A stretch of DNA of 64,000 nt from Octopus sinensis (Eukaryota): positions 16,430,001 through 16,494,000 of the forward strand of contig NC_043008.1 in the NCBI RefSeq assembly GCF_006345805.1, read 5' to 3'. Position numbers and translations under genes: made by a program. This document shows, piece after piece, positions 12,701 through 24,542 of the stretch (its first letter is position 1; every line of letters starts with the position of its first letter). A model generated the notes under the pieces. It saw only the letters and a list, made by a program, of their open reading frames with translations. It had not been told where the DNA came from and made no database searches.

Positions 12701-13868
12701 GTGTGTATGTGTGCGTACAGCTGCTCAGTGCCTCTCCGAGAGAGAGAGAGAGGGGGAACTCAGTTCAGCTTCTCAAACTTCATGCAGCTACTCGAAACGC
12801 ACTGCCAAAGAGTTTCGTCTGCCGATACTACAGGCATGTGCATCTGTCAAGAGCTGAGCTCATTACTCATCAGCGGAGTCACAACTGTAAAGTATAATTT
12901 TGTCTTCATGCAAAGTGCTCTTAGTTGTTGCTGATTACCTCCTTCGCTCATGAGTGGATGGTCATCATATATGTATTTCCAAACGCCATATTCAATTGTC
13001 TGTGTGTGTGTGTGTGTGTGGTGTGTGTATGTTTGTATATCTAAATGAGTATTTGTGTGTGCGTATTTCGATGACGCCCACCTGACACTCTTATTTCTTC
13101 ACAATAGGTTACTAAACAAGCAGTTTCGAAAAAAATAAAACATTTTTTAACCGCAGTCATTCTTGTATATGTATAATTTTCTTTTTTATATAAATAAATC
13201 GTTGCTTTCATTTATTTATTTATTTGAATAATGTCAGACTATATGCACACACTATATGATTTTGTTATTATTGTACTATGCAGTAAATCCGGCATTGCTA
13301 TCTTGCTGAATTTTCTCGAATTTTTTATGCTGCAAATGTTTCTCCCATCGCTCGTTCTTGCGTAACCATGATCAGAGATACTTCTTCCCTTTTTTATGCA
13401 TGTATCATTTGATACGACCTATCATTTTATTAGTTTTCTTTCTGCTTAACAAATTATCCATGTAACATGTTTTCGTTCCAGTTTACTATTCCCATCTTCT
13501 ATTATATTTCTAATTGTTTTTTTCTTTCTTTTCTCCTGATGGTCTGTGTGGCTGCACATGTCAGAATATCGTAAATTTTCTTCACCACATTCTTTGTCAC
13601 TTCTAAAAGTAATGTATCTGTTCGTATATTCTAACACTACTTCTTGGATGTAACTCTATACTCCTCGATAAAAGCTTTTTGCTGCGTTTAATTATTTATT
13701 GCAGTTCATCTTATGACATCTTGAAGAAAAGCTGAACAATATATCGTTAACACGTCGGGCTAAATGCTTAGCGGCATTTCCTTGTGCACTTTCTGTTGTC
13801 AGTTCAAATCCCGCTGAGGTCAACTTTGTTTTAATCTGTTCGAGGTCGGCAGAATAAAGTACCAGTAA

Positions 13869-14015
13869 GACGGCGAGCTGGCAGAAACGTTAGCACACCG
13901 AGCGATATGCTTAGCAGTATTTCGTTTGCCGTTACGTTCTGAGTTCAAATTCCGCCGAGTTCAACTTTGCCTTTCATCCTTTCAGGGTCGATAAATTAAG
14001 TAGCAGTTACGCACT
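13869..14015 (+). mobile_element. SINE family B (a more decayed copy precedes it at about 13745-13866)
   Basis: ggcgagctggcagaaacgttagcac...gagttcaaattccgccgag...gggtcgataaattaagtagcagttacgcactg. Confidence 0.85.
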
Positions 14016-14187
14016 GAATGCAATGGATATTTAAATTTGCGAGAAATTAGTTTTAAAAATTCAAGAAACTTGAGAAATCGAAGTTATAGGAAATTTCTTA
14101 GAACAGGAAATTATATAAATATTTCTAGACTGTCAACCTTCTAATAATTGCTTTCTCCATTATAATATATATATATATATATGTGTG

Positions 14188-14228
<41 letters not shown>

Positions 14229-14481
14229 TAATATATGTTCGCTATATAAACATCTTTGTTCCGCAGTATAAAGAAGACAGCTCAAATATTCATCTGAAGA
14301 TTTTCTGAAGAAGGGGTCCTAACCCTGAAATACTGAATTAAAATTTGCAAATACAAACGATCAACCTGCATTATTTTTGAGAACTTGCATTTTCTTGGCT
14401 TTATAACAAAATAAAATATTAAAAATATTCACTAACACACACATACGCCCAGAATCACACACATGTATATATATATATATA

Positions 14482-14864
14482 CTAGCAGTATCGCCCGGCG
14501 TTGCTCAGGTTTGTAAGGGAAATAACTATAAAGCATTTTTAGAGAGTTATAGCCAAAAAATAGCAAAAAAATGGAAAAAAATGATGCTAAATTTTTTTTG
14601 ATAGTTAAAAAAGGTGGAGTTGCGTCCCCTACACAGTTTGTGGTTTGTGTTCCTGATTGTCGACCCCATGTCGAATTTATCGATTATTTTCAGAACTGGG
14701 GGAACTTTCCAAATTTTCGCTGCGTTAGTTTTGAATTATGACATTGGGCTATGTGTGTGTCAAGTTTCATCAGAATCGGTTGAAAGCCGTGGCCAGGGTG
14801 AGGGTACAAGCAAACAGACACACAGAAACACGCACAGACAAACTGCCGTTTATATATAGAGAGA
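14482..14864 (-). mobile_element. Non-autonomous Helitron-type element (383 bp)
   Basis: The minus strand starts TC (tctctctatatataaacggcag) and ends CTAG (gcgatactgctag). It is inserted between A and T with no TSD, and has a weak GC-rich hairpin remnant just before the CTAG. Confidence 0.75.
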
Positions 14865-16547
14865 TATATATATACATGCCTACATATATATGCCCAGAGA
14901 AAGGTATGTATGTATGTACGTATGAAGGTAGGTAGGTAGGTAGGTAGGTAGGTAGGTAGGTATGTAGGCAGTTCGGTCAGTCGGTAGGTTGGTCGGTAGA
15001 TAGGTAGTAAGGCGGGCTGGCATGCAAGCATGTTTGCAAATTTCACTTCTTGTTGGAAGACTGGAATCGTAAAGTAACTGTCAATATGCTGATGCATTGT
15101 CTCACGAAATGCGCGCAGATAATTACATATATTCCTGTACATTTATATCTACATATTATCTATTTGTTTTCATGTTCGTGTGTTTGCGTGTACGTATGTC
15201 TGTGAGTGGGGGTGTTGCGTGCAGAATCTGTGTATACGCAGTTTTAATTTTATCTTTATTTGAATGTATTCATGTCTATGTTTATTACAATATTACATTC
15301 AAATTGTCACTCGATAACAAACGTTACCTGCTGAATAGATTCTGAATAGATAGGGAAACTAAATTTTACTGAACAACGAAGTACCTGAAACGTTAGTTAA
15401 TGTAACGCCGATAAAACTGATGTAAATATAATAGCTAAAGATTATATAACAAAGCTTGCTCTCTAGTGGCCGACCACTAAGTTCATTGTTGCTTGAGCCT
15501 TGGCAAGGAACACAAGTCGATAAAAAAGCCCATTCTTTTTCGGACACAAACAAAGAACGGGAAACATAAACTGCGGACGAGATTAAGCCTTTCTTGAATA
15601 CTCTTTCAGACAAAGGCAGACTGAGAAGATGTACTGTCAGTAAATGTTCTTGTATTAGTAAAAGACTGAAAAGTACAAATATTGAGAACCACTAAAAAGA
15701 AAAAAAAAGATATCCATCTGACGTGGGTGCTAAGGAAAATCGGAGATAGAAACAACCCACATCGAATAAATATCGGAGAGTAACAAGATAATCTTATATT
15801 GTTACCCAGCCTGCTAAAAATAGCAGGTAAATCCCTCGCGAATTTCATAGTTTCTTAATACATACTGGCCTATTTAAACTTCCGTATAGAGATCCTTCTT
15901 ATTTGTAGTGACTTTAAGCGACATAATTCTAATGCCTCAAAGAAGAGAATTTTGACCAAAATAATTATGAAATAAATCGAAAGTACCAAATTTATACTGG
16001 TAGTGTAACATGTTATTCTTCAGTTAACATTTGGTATATTAAAGATATGCAACCCAACATTATACAGAGTGAGATGTGTTTCATCTTTCAAATATCATTA
16101 TTTACAAAGGTATTTTCAGACATTATTTCAGTAACTTCAATGATAACTGCTTTGCAAAGATTTTGCCCGAGTATCTAAATGCCCTTCCATTCTTTCGACT
16201 ATGCCCGCGATAAAGTATTTGCCCCAAGTGAAAATGTTATATTTATGTTGTATACCTACATACATACAAATATACATACATATATGCACACACATACACA
16301 CACACGCATGCACACACACACACACACATTTACACACACATATATAAACATGAAGACGAATTTACTGATTTACCATAGAAAAATATTCTCTAATGGTAAT
16401 AAATGATGTAAAGACAACATATCTATCCAGTATTACCCCCTGTCGCGTTCCCTCTTGAGGGTGACTAGGTAACTGTAGTCAATATGCCTTCAGAGGGTGA
16501 AATATGTCACAAACAATCTTTCAACTAATCTAAATTTTGTTTATAAA

Positions 16548-17355
16548 CGTAGTCTAATCAAAAATATCCGGACTATTGCCATAGGAACAAAGCTGAACCA
16601 TGCTCAATGAAGCCGCTTGACTCAAATTGACCTTAAGCTCTGTTGTGCATGAGCATTAAGTTTTATTGTTCTAGCTCTCTCCTCTGCTTTACAGCAGTAC
16701 TTAGAAGAATGGTGTGTAGCGTGTGATCGTAGCGATGATCATGCCATGGTAAGTTCAGCTGAGAATATACATAAAATTTTGCCAAGTCCTTGTTGATGCT
16801 TGCTCAGAGGCCTACGCAAAGTCTTCAAAACGTTCTTGACTCAATCAATGAAATCTTGTGAAAATGAAACTCGAGTGTCATTTTCGTCAGAGTCATAAAC
16901 CCAAATCTTCAGTGATAATGGACTGAACTGAACCTAACTAATCTGCACATCCTCTAATAGCTCATGGATGGTGATTCGACGATTTCCTCTGAAAGCTGCA
17001 CGCACATCTGTGATGTTATGTTTTTTTTTTTACAGTTTTGCTGGTTGCGTCTCTCGCAGAACGTTCGTCAACATTGACATTTTTTCGGCCATCTTGCAAA
17101 CGTCTGAACCACTCGTACACTTGTGTATGGCTGATACACTCTTCTCCATACACTTTCGGTAACATTGCGTAGGCGTCTGAGCACGTATCTTCATGACAAC
17201 TTTGTCTGGCTTGGTAAATGCGACAACCACACACAACACTCCTTCCTTCAAACACGGCTGTAAACAGCGGGAGTGAGCTCGAATGTTAAAACTTAGAGTA
17301 CAAACACACCAAAGTTACTATGGCAATAGTCCAGGTACTTATTGATCAGACCTCG
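16548..17355. mobile_element. Composite mariner derivative with about 37-bp TIRs, made of two 5' halves in opposite orientation
   Basis: TIRs at 16548-16584 and 17318-17355, with TA at 17356. The minus arm encodes AYAMLPKVYGEECISHTQVYEWFRRLQDGRKNVNVDERS...NRRITIHEL; the plus arm encodes KVQLRIYIKFCQVLVDACSEAYAK. Confidence 0.85.
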
Positions 17356-17395
17356 TATATGCATGTATATGTGTGTGTACATGCGTGTATATATA

Positions 17396-17399
<4 letters not shown>

Positions 17400-17477
<78 letters not shown>
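17400..17477. repeat. (GA)n microsatellite
   Basis: Direct reading. Confidence 0.97.
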
Positions 17478-17480
<3 letters not shown>

Positions 17481-17990
17481 TAAATAAATACATGTCTGAA
17501 GCAGTAAGACATGTCTGCAGCTGATCACTTACCTACAGAAAAAAAATTCGACTATTTTCCTAAAAGGCCTATCATTTCTCTCAAATGCTCGAGTCATGAA
17601 ATTATCTCCCTTCTTATTCACATTCGCTTGCAATGTCCAGGAGTTATTTTTCTTACTCTGCCGTCGAAGCGAAGATAATAAACCAATAAATCAAGAATTT
17701 ATCTTTACGGGGTCTTAAATATAAGTTTATTCGCTTTTGTAGTCTGAAGTTGAAGCCATTGTCCACACGAAGCTGTTCCTCTTAACACCCTTTTGTTATG
17801 CATTTGTGTACCTATGTATATATTCATATACGCGCACGTGCCCGCACACACACAGACACACACATACACATAAACACACCCACACTCACACAAACACACT
17901 TTCACTCACACAAATCTTTCTATCTAGTTATACTTATATATATATATATTATATATATATATATATATAATATATATATATATTTATCTA

Positions 17991-18031
<41 letters not shown>

Positions 18032-19640
18032 CTTTATATGTGTGTGTGTGTATATACATATATATATATATGTATAGTAATGTGCGTGTGAGCGTGCGTG
18101 TGTATGTGTATGTGTGTATATATTCGTCTGTTCAATTCATTCCAGTACATGTTTTTAGGACAAAGGACGAATTGGAACAAGGTGAGATCTATTAACAACA
18201 TGAATTTTGAAAACGAGAAAGTCGACGCTTCGTTACTTCGACATGACTCCATTAACCGCTAAATTTATTAATTGACTATTTATATTAATGTCTCACCTCA
18301 ATACTGATTCACGTATGCAATCGTTACAACCTGAAATATCAATATATGTGATATAACCCGTTACATCAGTGGTTGTGGTAACTAGTAATAATCATTTCAA
18401 TGAAAACAGGGGAAATGAATGCTTACTATAGCTTACGAGACTTCAACCTTTTCTAATGTTAAGTAAACCATTTGAACTTTTTCGTCAATTATCCAACGTA
18501 ATTCCTTATTATGAGGAGTAATTTTCTATTAAAGTATTAATGAAGAGATGTGGTTAATTTTATTCATTGGATTAGAGAGAGAATAATACAATTAAACGCT
18601 ACATGGTTCCTTAAGTGATGATACTTTAACTTGGTTAATTATGTCATGCTTTCAGTTTTATATATGTGAATATGGTTATAAAGACATACACGTTCCTGCA
18701 ATATCACACACGCACTTGTATAATTAAATACACCTAACACTCGTAAAAGTAAACACACTCAACCACTCATATATGAAGACAGAGTGGTAGAGATATATAC
18801 GAAAATTTGAGTTATATAACTGACATTTCAAAGCATTATAGATCCTTCGCCATGCATGTGAGATTCCATGTGAGATTCTAAGAAATACAAACAGAAACGG
18901 GTGATTCAGTAATCAACTAAATGAGAAAAAGTTACACACAAATACAGGCACAGATATGCACAAACACGCTAGCACACGCACACACACATATGGCAAACAG
19001 ATGACCATCACGCTCAATAACATATTTGTGGACACAACCAAATAAAAGACACGTGCTTTGACAACCGCACTAAACACTCATTAACATATTTTTAGCAACA
19101 CCTGTTAACAATACTTACAAGTGATGTAATGACACTGCTAACACAGTAGTACACAGTATTGACTTATAAAAAGGTTTAATAGTGTTCTTAGTTTACTACG
19201 TTTGTATAACGAAATACAGTACCCCAACAGGCCATTAATAGTTTTAATAGGATCTCACGGGAAGGCATGCTTCTATGGTTAACAGGCTTTTATTTTTATC
19301 CTTATTCCTCAATATTTTTTTAATGTCCTTCTTATTTTTATTTCCAGTCTCTTTCATTCCTTAATCCTTTGCATTCAACGATTTATCGCAATGTATTCCA
19401 TCTGTGCTTTCGGACTGCTTCACAATATTATTGCATTTTAATTTGTCTTACACAGACACACACAAATACAAACGCGTAAACGTGCATAAAAACACATACC
19501 TACGAACATACATACATATAGATATCTGTGTATAAATATATACTTGCGTATCATATATCTATATATACTACATATATATAATTATACGTAAATGCTTACG
19601 TTTAGGTATATATCTATATATATATATATATATATATATA

Positions 19641-19868
19641 TGATCTCTTGAGCACTACCAGCTCAAATATTTTCTCCTCTGTCTTCCCTCCTTGGGATCT
19701 TTCCTTCTCCTTGTTTCCGACGAAGAGCTCCGCTCGAAACGTTAAACCCTCCTCTCCTTCTTTCCTGAGCGTCAATAATACTTTAATTGTTCCACGACCT
19801 GCGTTGCTGTGTTTTTTTCTCATTTTTTCTCTTTTTTTTCTCTTTTTTCTGTGTTTTCTTGTTTGGAT

Positions 19869-19872
<4 letters not shown>
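19641..19872 (+). mobile_element. Short non-autonomous element (Penelope-associated type) containing a hammerhead-like motif
   Basis: Pyrimidine-rich, non-coding, flanked by (TA)n. Contains gttt-CCGACGA-A-GAGC-tcc-GCTC-GAAAC-GTT-aaac. Confidence 0.6.
19713..19747 (+). ncRNA. Minimal type I hammerhead ribozyme-like motif (U4C variant)
   Basis: Stem I gttt/aaac, core CCGACGA plus an extra A, stem II GAGC/GCTC, GAAA, palindromic ACGT stem III, and a GUU site with predicted cleavage after 19743. Confidence 0.5.
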
Positions 19873-19910
<38 letters not shown>

Positions 19911-19915
<5 letters not shown>

Positions 19916-20361
19916 CAGTGCAGTTCTGCCTGCAATGTTATATGGTAGTGAAACATGGGCTACCACAAAGAGAGAAGAGCAAAGACTGGTAACGGCTCAA
20001 AAAGCCATGGAAAGGTCAATGCTTGGTATCTCGTTGAGAGAGCACATACTGTAAGTAGCGAGATCATCAGAAAGAAGTCCGGCGTGAGAGATGTCATCGC
20101 AGAGTATACACGCAGCAAGTATAAATGGGCTGGACACGTCACTCGGCTCACCGATAATAGGTGAACGCACACAGTCGTCGAGTGGTACACGCGCGAGCGG
20201 AAAAGACCACCCGGAAGACCTCCACGACGGTGGAATTACGATTTCGGGAGGACGATTTGGATCACGTGGATGAGAAAGGCGCGATCCAGAGAGGAGTGGA
20301 CAGCGTGCTGTGACCAGCGGTGCCAAATGGACGCCTGACGGACTGGTCGGTCAAAGTGAAG

Positions 20362-20365
<4 letters not shown>
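19911..20365 (+). mobile_element. 5'-truncated RTE-clade LINE (3' end of ORF2)
   Basis: YNSAVLPAMLYGSETWATTKREEQRLVTAQ/AMERSMLGISLREH/SEIIRKKSGVRDVIAEYTRSKYKWAGHVTRLTDNR*THTVVEWYTRERKRPPGRPPRRW, with frameshifts and a TGA in place of W. Flanked by (TA)n. Confidence 0.9.
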
Positions 20366-20397
<32 letters not shown>

Positions 20398-20466
20398 ATA
20401 TTCTTACAAATACATGCACGCACACAAAAACACACAGACGCAGACACACACACACCCTCTCTCTCT

Positions 20467-20523
<57 letters not shown>

Positions 20524-21655
20524 GCAATCATGCATGTAAATATGCGTATGCAAAAACCTTGTGTAATGTATATAAATATTTGATATGTTAAGTAGCAGAA
20601 CTCAATGTATTAGCAGCAGTAAACGTGTTAAGCTAGCTGATATCGATATAATATTTATGTATTTTGTTTGTCTGAGTTGATTGTAGTTAGAATGATTACA
20701 TTTAAATATGCAGCTGAAGCATTTCAACCAATCGACTGAGTAGAGATGATACAATACGTTCCTGCTGTTGTTTTATATGCCGTCGTTATTGTTTTGTTTC
20801 TGTTGATATGCTTATTTTGCTTCTTTTTGTTTTGTCTTTGCCTTGGTTCTAGCATTTGGTATTGTATTCATGTATTTTTTTTTTGCACTTTTAACTTAAC
20901 GTTTTTCGCTGATCAAGCAGAATTCCGAAGAAAATTACTAAAACCGTTTAGTATAGCTTTCTTGTTCTCTAGGATATTGTACCTTCGACTGAACAAATAA
21001 TATGTTCCTTTTAAGACGTTTTGTTGCACCATATGGAAATTCGGGTGTTGTTTCTAGCTGGGATAAGGCACAAGTAAAAACCCACTTAACGGAAATACAA
21101 CCAAATATTTGAGAGTGACTTTTTGCACTGCAATGAGTTTTAACTTAGGGAAAGTTAGCTAATTCATATAAAACATTTATTTGTAATACAACCCGATGTG
21201 TTTATTTTTTCTTTAATTGAACAAAAATACACATGGCCAAAAATATGTATTATTTGAGCAGTTTAAAACTTTTAACATATTTTTAGCAGTTGTTTTGTAA
21301 AATATATATTTGTTGATTTTGTAAAGGCGGGCACGTATTACAGACTTCAACATGTGTTGTATTTTTTGCTCATCAATATAATTTCTACGTGGAAATTCCT
21401 CTAATACATCATAATAAATGTTAGGTAATTTGGGGATAAGACAAATTACAGAAGAAATATAATTTTCTCCGTGATGTAAAGTGACAAGTATTGAAAATGT
21501 AAAGATTTCTTGCAGTCCCTCACTGTTATGTTTCACAATCAAATTGAATTTAATTTAAATCTTTAGTAACCTTCTATTATATTCTTTTTGTTTTACTTGG
21601 GAAATGGTGTATCTGCGGTTTGTCTCAAATGATATATGATATATGTGCGTGTAAG

Positions 21656-21687
<32 letters not shown>

Positions 21688-21717
21688 TGTATATGTATGT
21701 GTATATATAGATATATA

Positions 21718-21769
<52 letters not shown>

Positions 21770-21805
21770 TACACACATATATATTTAGATGTATCAATGT
21801 ATATA

Positions 21806-21865
<60 letters not shown>

Positions 21866-22330
21866 CTCTATCTCTCTCTATATATATATGCATATGTACG
21901 TATGTATACTTGATTATTTCCCCTTAGCACAGATTATATATTGTATTATATCAACTTTAACTACTGAATACATAACGCTAATGACTTGTCAACTAAACCA
22001 ACGAGGTCTTTTACACGGAATAAATTAAATAAATCGATTCCAATATGTAAATGCAGAATCAAACGTACTAATGGTCAGACAGCTGCAAAAGAATATTAAT
22101 ATTAGATTAAAAGATTTGCTGTAGTAATGACATAAATATATTTCCCCATTATACAAATATTTCTTTGAAAGAATCAACATGTTGCATAAATCATGTAAGT
22201 TTTGAATTGATAAAATTTCGTTTTACAAAATGATAACATTGAAAACTAGTCGGATGTGTAAATTTACTTATTTAAGAACCTCCAATTCGTTCTCTCAAGC
22301 ACGAAATCAGAGACCAGATGATGAAGAGAA

Positions 22331-22720
22331 GGCGCAGGTGTGGCTGTTTGGTAAGTAGCTTGCTTTCAAACCACATGGCTCTGGGTTCAGTCCCACTGCG
22401 TGGCACCTTGGGTAAGTGTCTTCTCTTATAGCCTCGGGCCGACCAAAGCCTTGTGAGTGGATTTGGTAGACGGAAAGTGAAAGAAGCCCGCCGTATATAT
22501 GTATATATATGCGTGTGTGTGTTTGTGTGTCTGTGTTTGTCTCCCTAGCTTTGCTTGACAACCGATGCTGGTGTGTTTATGTCCCCGTCACTTAGCGGTT
22601 CAGCAAAAGAGACCGATAAAATAAGTTCTGGGCTTACAACGAATAAGTCTCGGGGTCGGGTTGCTCGATTAAAGGCGGTGCTCCAGCATGGCCGCAGTCA
22701 AATGACTGAAACAAGTAAAA
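22331..22720 (+). mobile_element. SINE family A, full length, about 160 bp from the Ig exon donor
   Basis: Colinear with 49427-49816. Confidence 0.9.
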
Positions 22721-22881
22721 TACTAAAGAGTAAAAGAGAGAGTAAGAGAGAATATTACGAAAAATTATAGTTTTCGTTTCTTTTATTATTTCATTTTGTC
22801 GGCAAAGTGGCACAAATATGACAAGTATTATGTCACCCTTTCGAAAACAAACATATATATATATAAAATACTATCACTCAC

Positions 22882-23086
22882 CTTGGACAATTAGGTTTAT
22901 CCGTTTGACTTTAACGGGAGAGGTATTGATGTGGCAAGAGTATATTCCTCCATCAGATGGTTCTACTTCACGGATGTGCAAGTTCCAAGATGTTGTTGTT
23001 GGTCTTTCGACACTGATTCGACTGTCATCAGTGATTCTCCGATCTTGAAGTGTAACTGTAATGGCTTTTGGATTTGCCCATACAAT
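22882..23086 (-). CDS. Internal coding exon: C-terminal half of a V-type Ig domain of a lachesin/IgLON/DIP-like cell-adhesion protein
   Basis: Translates IVWANPKAITVTLQDRRITDDSRISVERPTTTSWNLHIREVEPSDGGIYSCHINTSPVKVKRINLIVQ. It has the C-strand Trp, the W-N-L-H-I E-strand and the D-x-G-x-Y-x-C motif. On the minus strand it is bounded by a T-rich acceptor (ttttttttgtaattgcag|ATT, phase 0) and a donor CAAG|gtgagt (phase 1). Family assignment is by motif recall; the exact orthologue cannot be named. Confidence 0.9.
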
Positions 23087-23159
23087 CTGCAATTACAAAA
23101 AAAATTCCGGTTCAAACTAAAATACAGATATACATATTTATATATATATATATGCATAC

Positions 23160-23255
<96 letters not shown>

Positions 23256-23278
23256 CACATTCATTTACACATTACATG

Positions 23279-23310
<32 letters not shown>

Positions 23311-24231
23311 CACATTTACACACAGACATGTATATATGTATATATATTTATATATACACTAAGACAGAGAAAGTGCGAAAGTGCGAAAGAGAAAGTGAGA
23401 GAGTAAGGTTTGGAGATTGAGAACAAAACGAAAGAGAGCGGGGGATTATGTATGTAAATAAATTTATAGAAATAGACTAACTGCGTATTCTCACAATGCA
23501 TTCTCTTTAAAATCTTATATTACGATACATCTACTCTTACATGGTGCAATCCGATCACAATTGTTTTAATTAGCTCATCAGTATATAAACTGATTATCCT
23601 ATAATCAGTATATAGATTGATTATCTAATTAGCTTAGCTGTGATCATACTGGCTTAAGATTGGAAACACTACATATTCAGTAAAATACTCGCGTAATGAA
23701 GAAACCGAAATGCTCGAGTTCCTGACGCATGGACTACTTCCTTTTGAATCGGTGAGCGTTGCTCTTCCAAGTACAGATGCATGAATATAACGTTGTCGGA
23801 ATAGACTCCGCTGTTACGCTGCTTAATTTCTGCCAGTAATCCTGTCTCATATTTACGCATCTTCTGATGCACTTAAGATCTGTTCAAACTTTACTTTAGA
23901 CTCACACACGCATGTGACCTGAACACGATCATGCGTACTCATCATATTCACACATTCATACGTGTATAAAGAAATAAAAGGAGACACACGCAAAGGGAGA
24001 GATATTTTGGAAGTCCCTTAAGCTACTGTGTTGTATATAGATGTAGAAAGTTTAACAGTATCACAGATACCATTCACATTGTTTTTCTTTAATGGGACAT
24101 TTGATGCCATCAGCCATAGTATATTACTGATATTTTGAATGCTATGTTGGTTTGTATGTGATGACCTGTATGTAGTGAAGGAAATACTTGTTCATCCGTG
24201 TGAAAACTTCCTTAATCAAATTGTTTAAACT

Positions 24232-24542
24232 AGCACTCCGTCGGTTACGACGAGGAGTGTTCGAGTTGATCCGTTCAACAGAATAGCCAGTTCATGAAAT
24301 TAACGTGTATGTGACTGAGCACTCCACAGTCACGCCTACTCTTAACGAAGGAGATTAAGCGTGACACAGAACGTGACAGGGCTGGCTCTTTGAAATACAG
24401 CTGCAACTCATTTTTGTAATCTGAGTGGACTGGAGCAATGTGAAATAATTCATCTTACTCAAGGACTCACCGTGTCACCAGTAATCGAACTCACGACCTC
24501 ACAATCATCGGCCGCATTCTTGTAAGCACTAAGCCACGCGCC
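24232..24542 (-). mobile_element. tRNA-derived SINE sharing the family C 3' tail but with a different middle
   Basis: The tail gcactccgtcggttacgacga... matches the 43830 and 62301 copies. Head aggcgcgtggcttagtg, CORE-like gtccttgagtaaga...ttcacattgctccagtccactcag. Confidence 0.75.

Noticed and set aside
18159-18181. 23-nt AG...GT-bounded micro-exon candidate on the plus strand
   Set aside because: Opposite strand to the only supported gene; such short matches are expected by chance.
21213-21542. 109-aa minus-strand ORF
   Set aside because: No recognisable domain or splice signals; AT-rich codons compatible with chance or a very old TE.
23000-23032. CTGATGA...GAAAG on the minus strand inside the exon
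   Set aside because: No stem II can form between the core and GAAA; it is coding sequence.
23087-23116. Upstream alternative acceptor (tattttag) 30 nt before the Ig exon
   Set aside because: The extension is in frame but contains TAA, and there is no evidence of use.
22818-23236. Plus-strand ORFs 22818-23048 and 22931-23236
   Set aside because: Antisense shadows of the Ig exon running into (TA)n; no motifs.
23690-23875. Faint CR1-like phrases (DYWQKL...TWK; also RVYRAKYTAR/ERYI near 45240-45400)
   Set aside because: Too decayed to support without a profile search.
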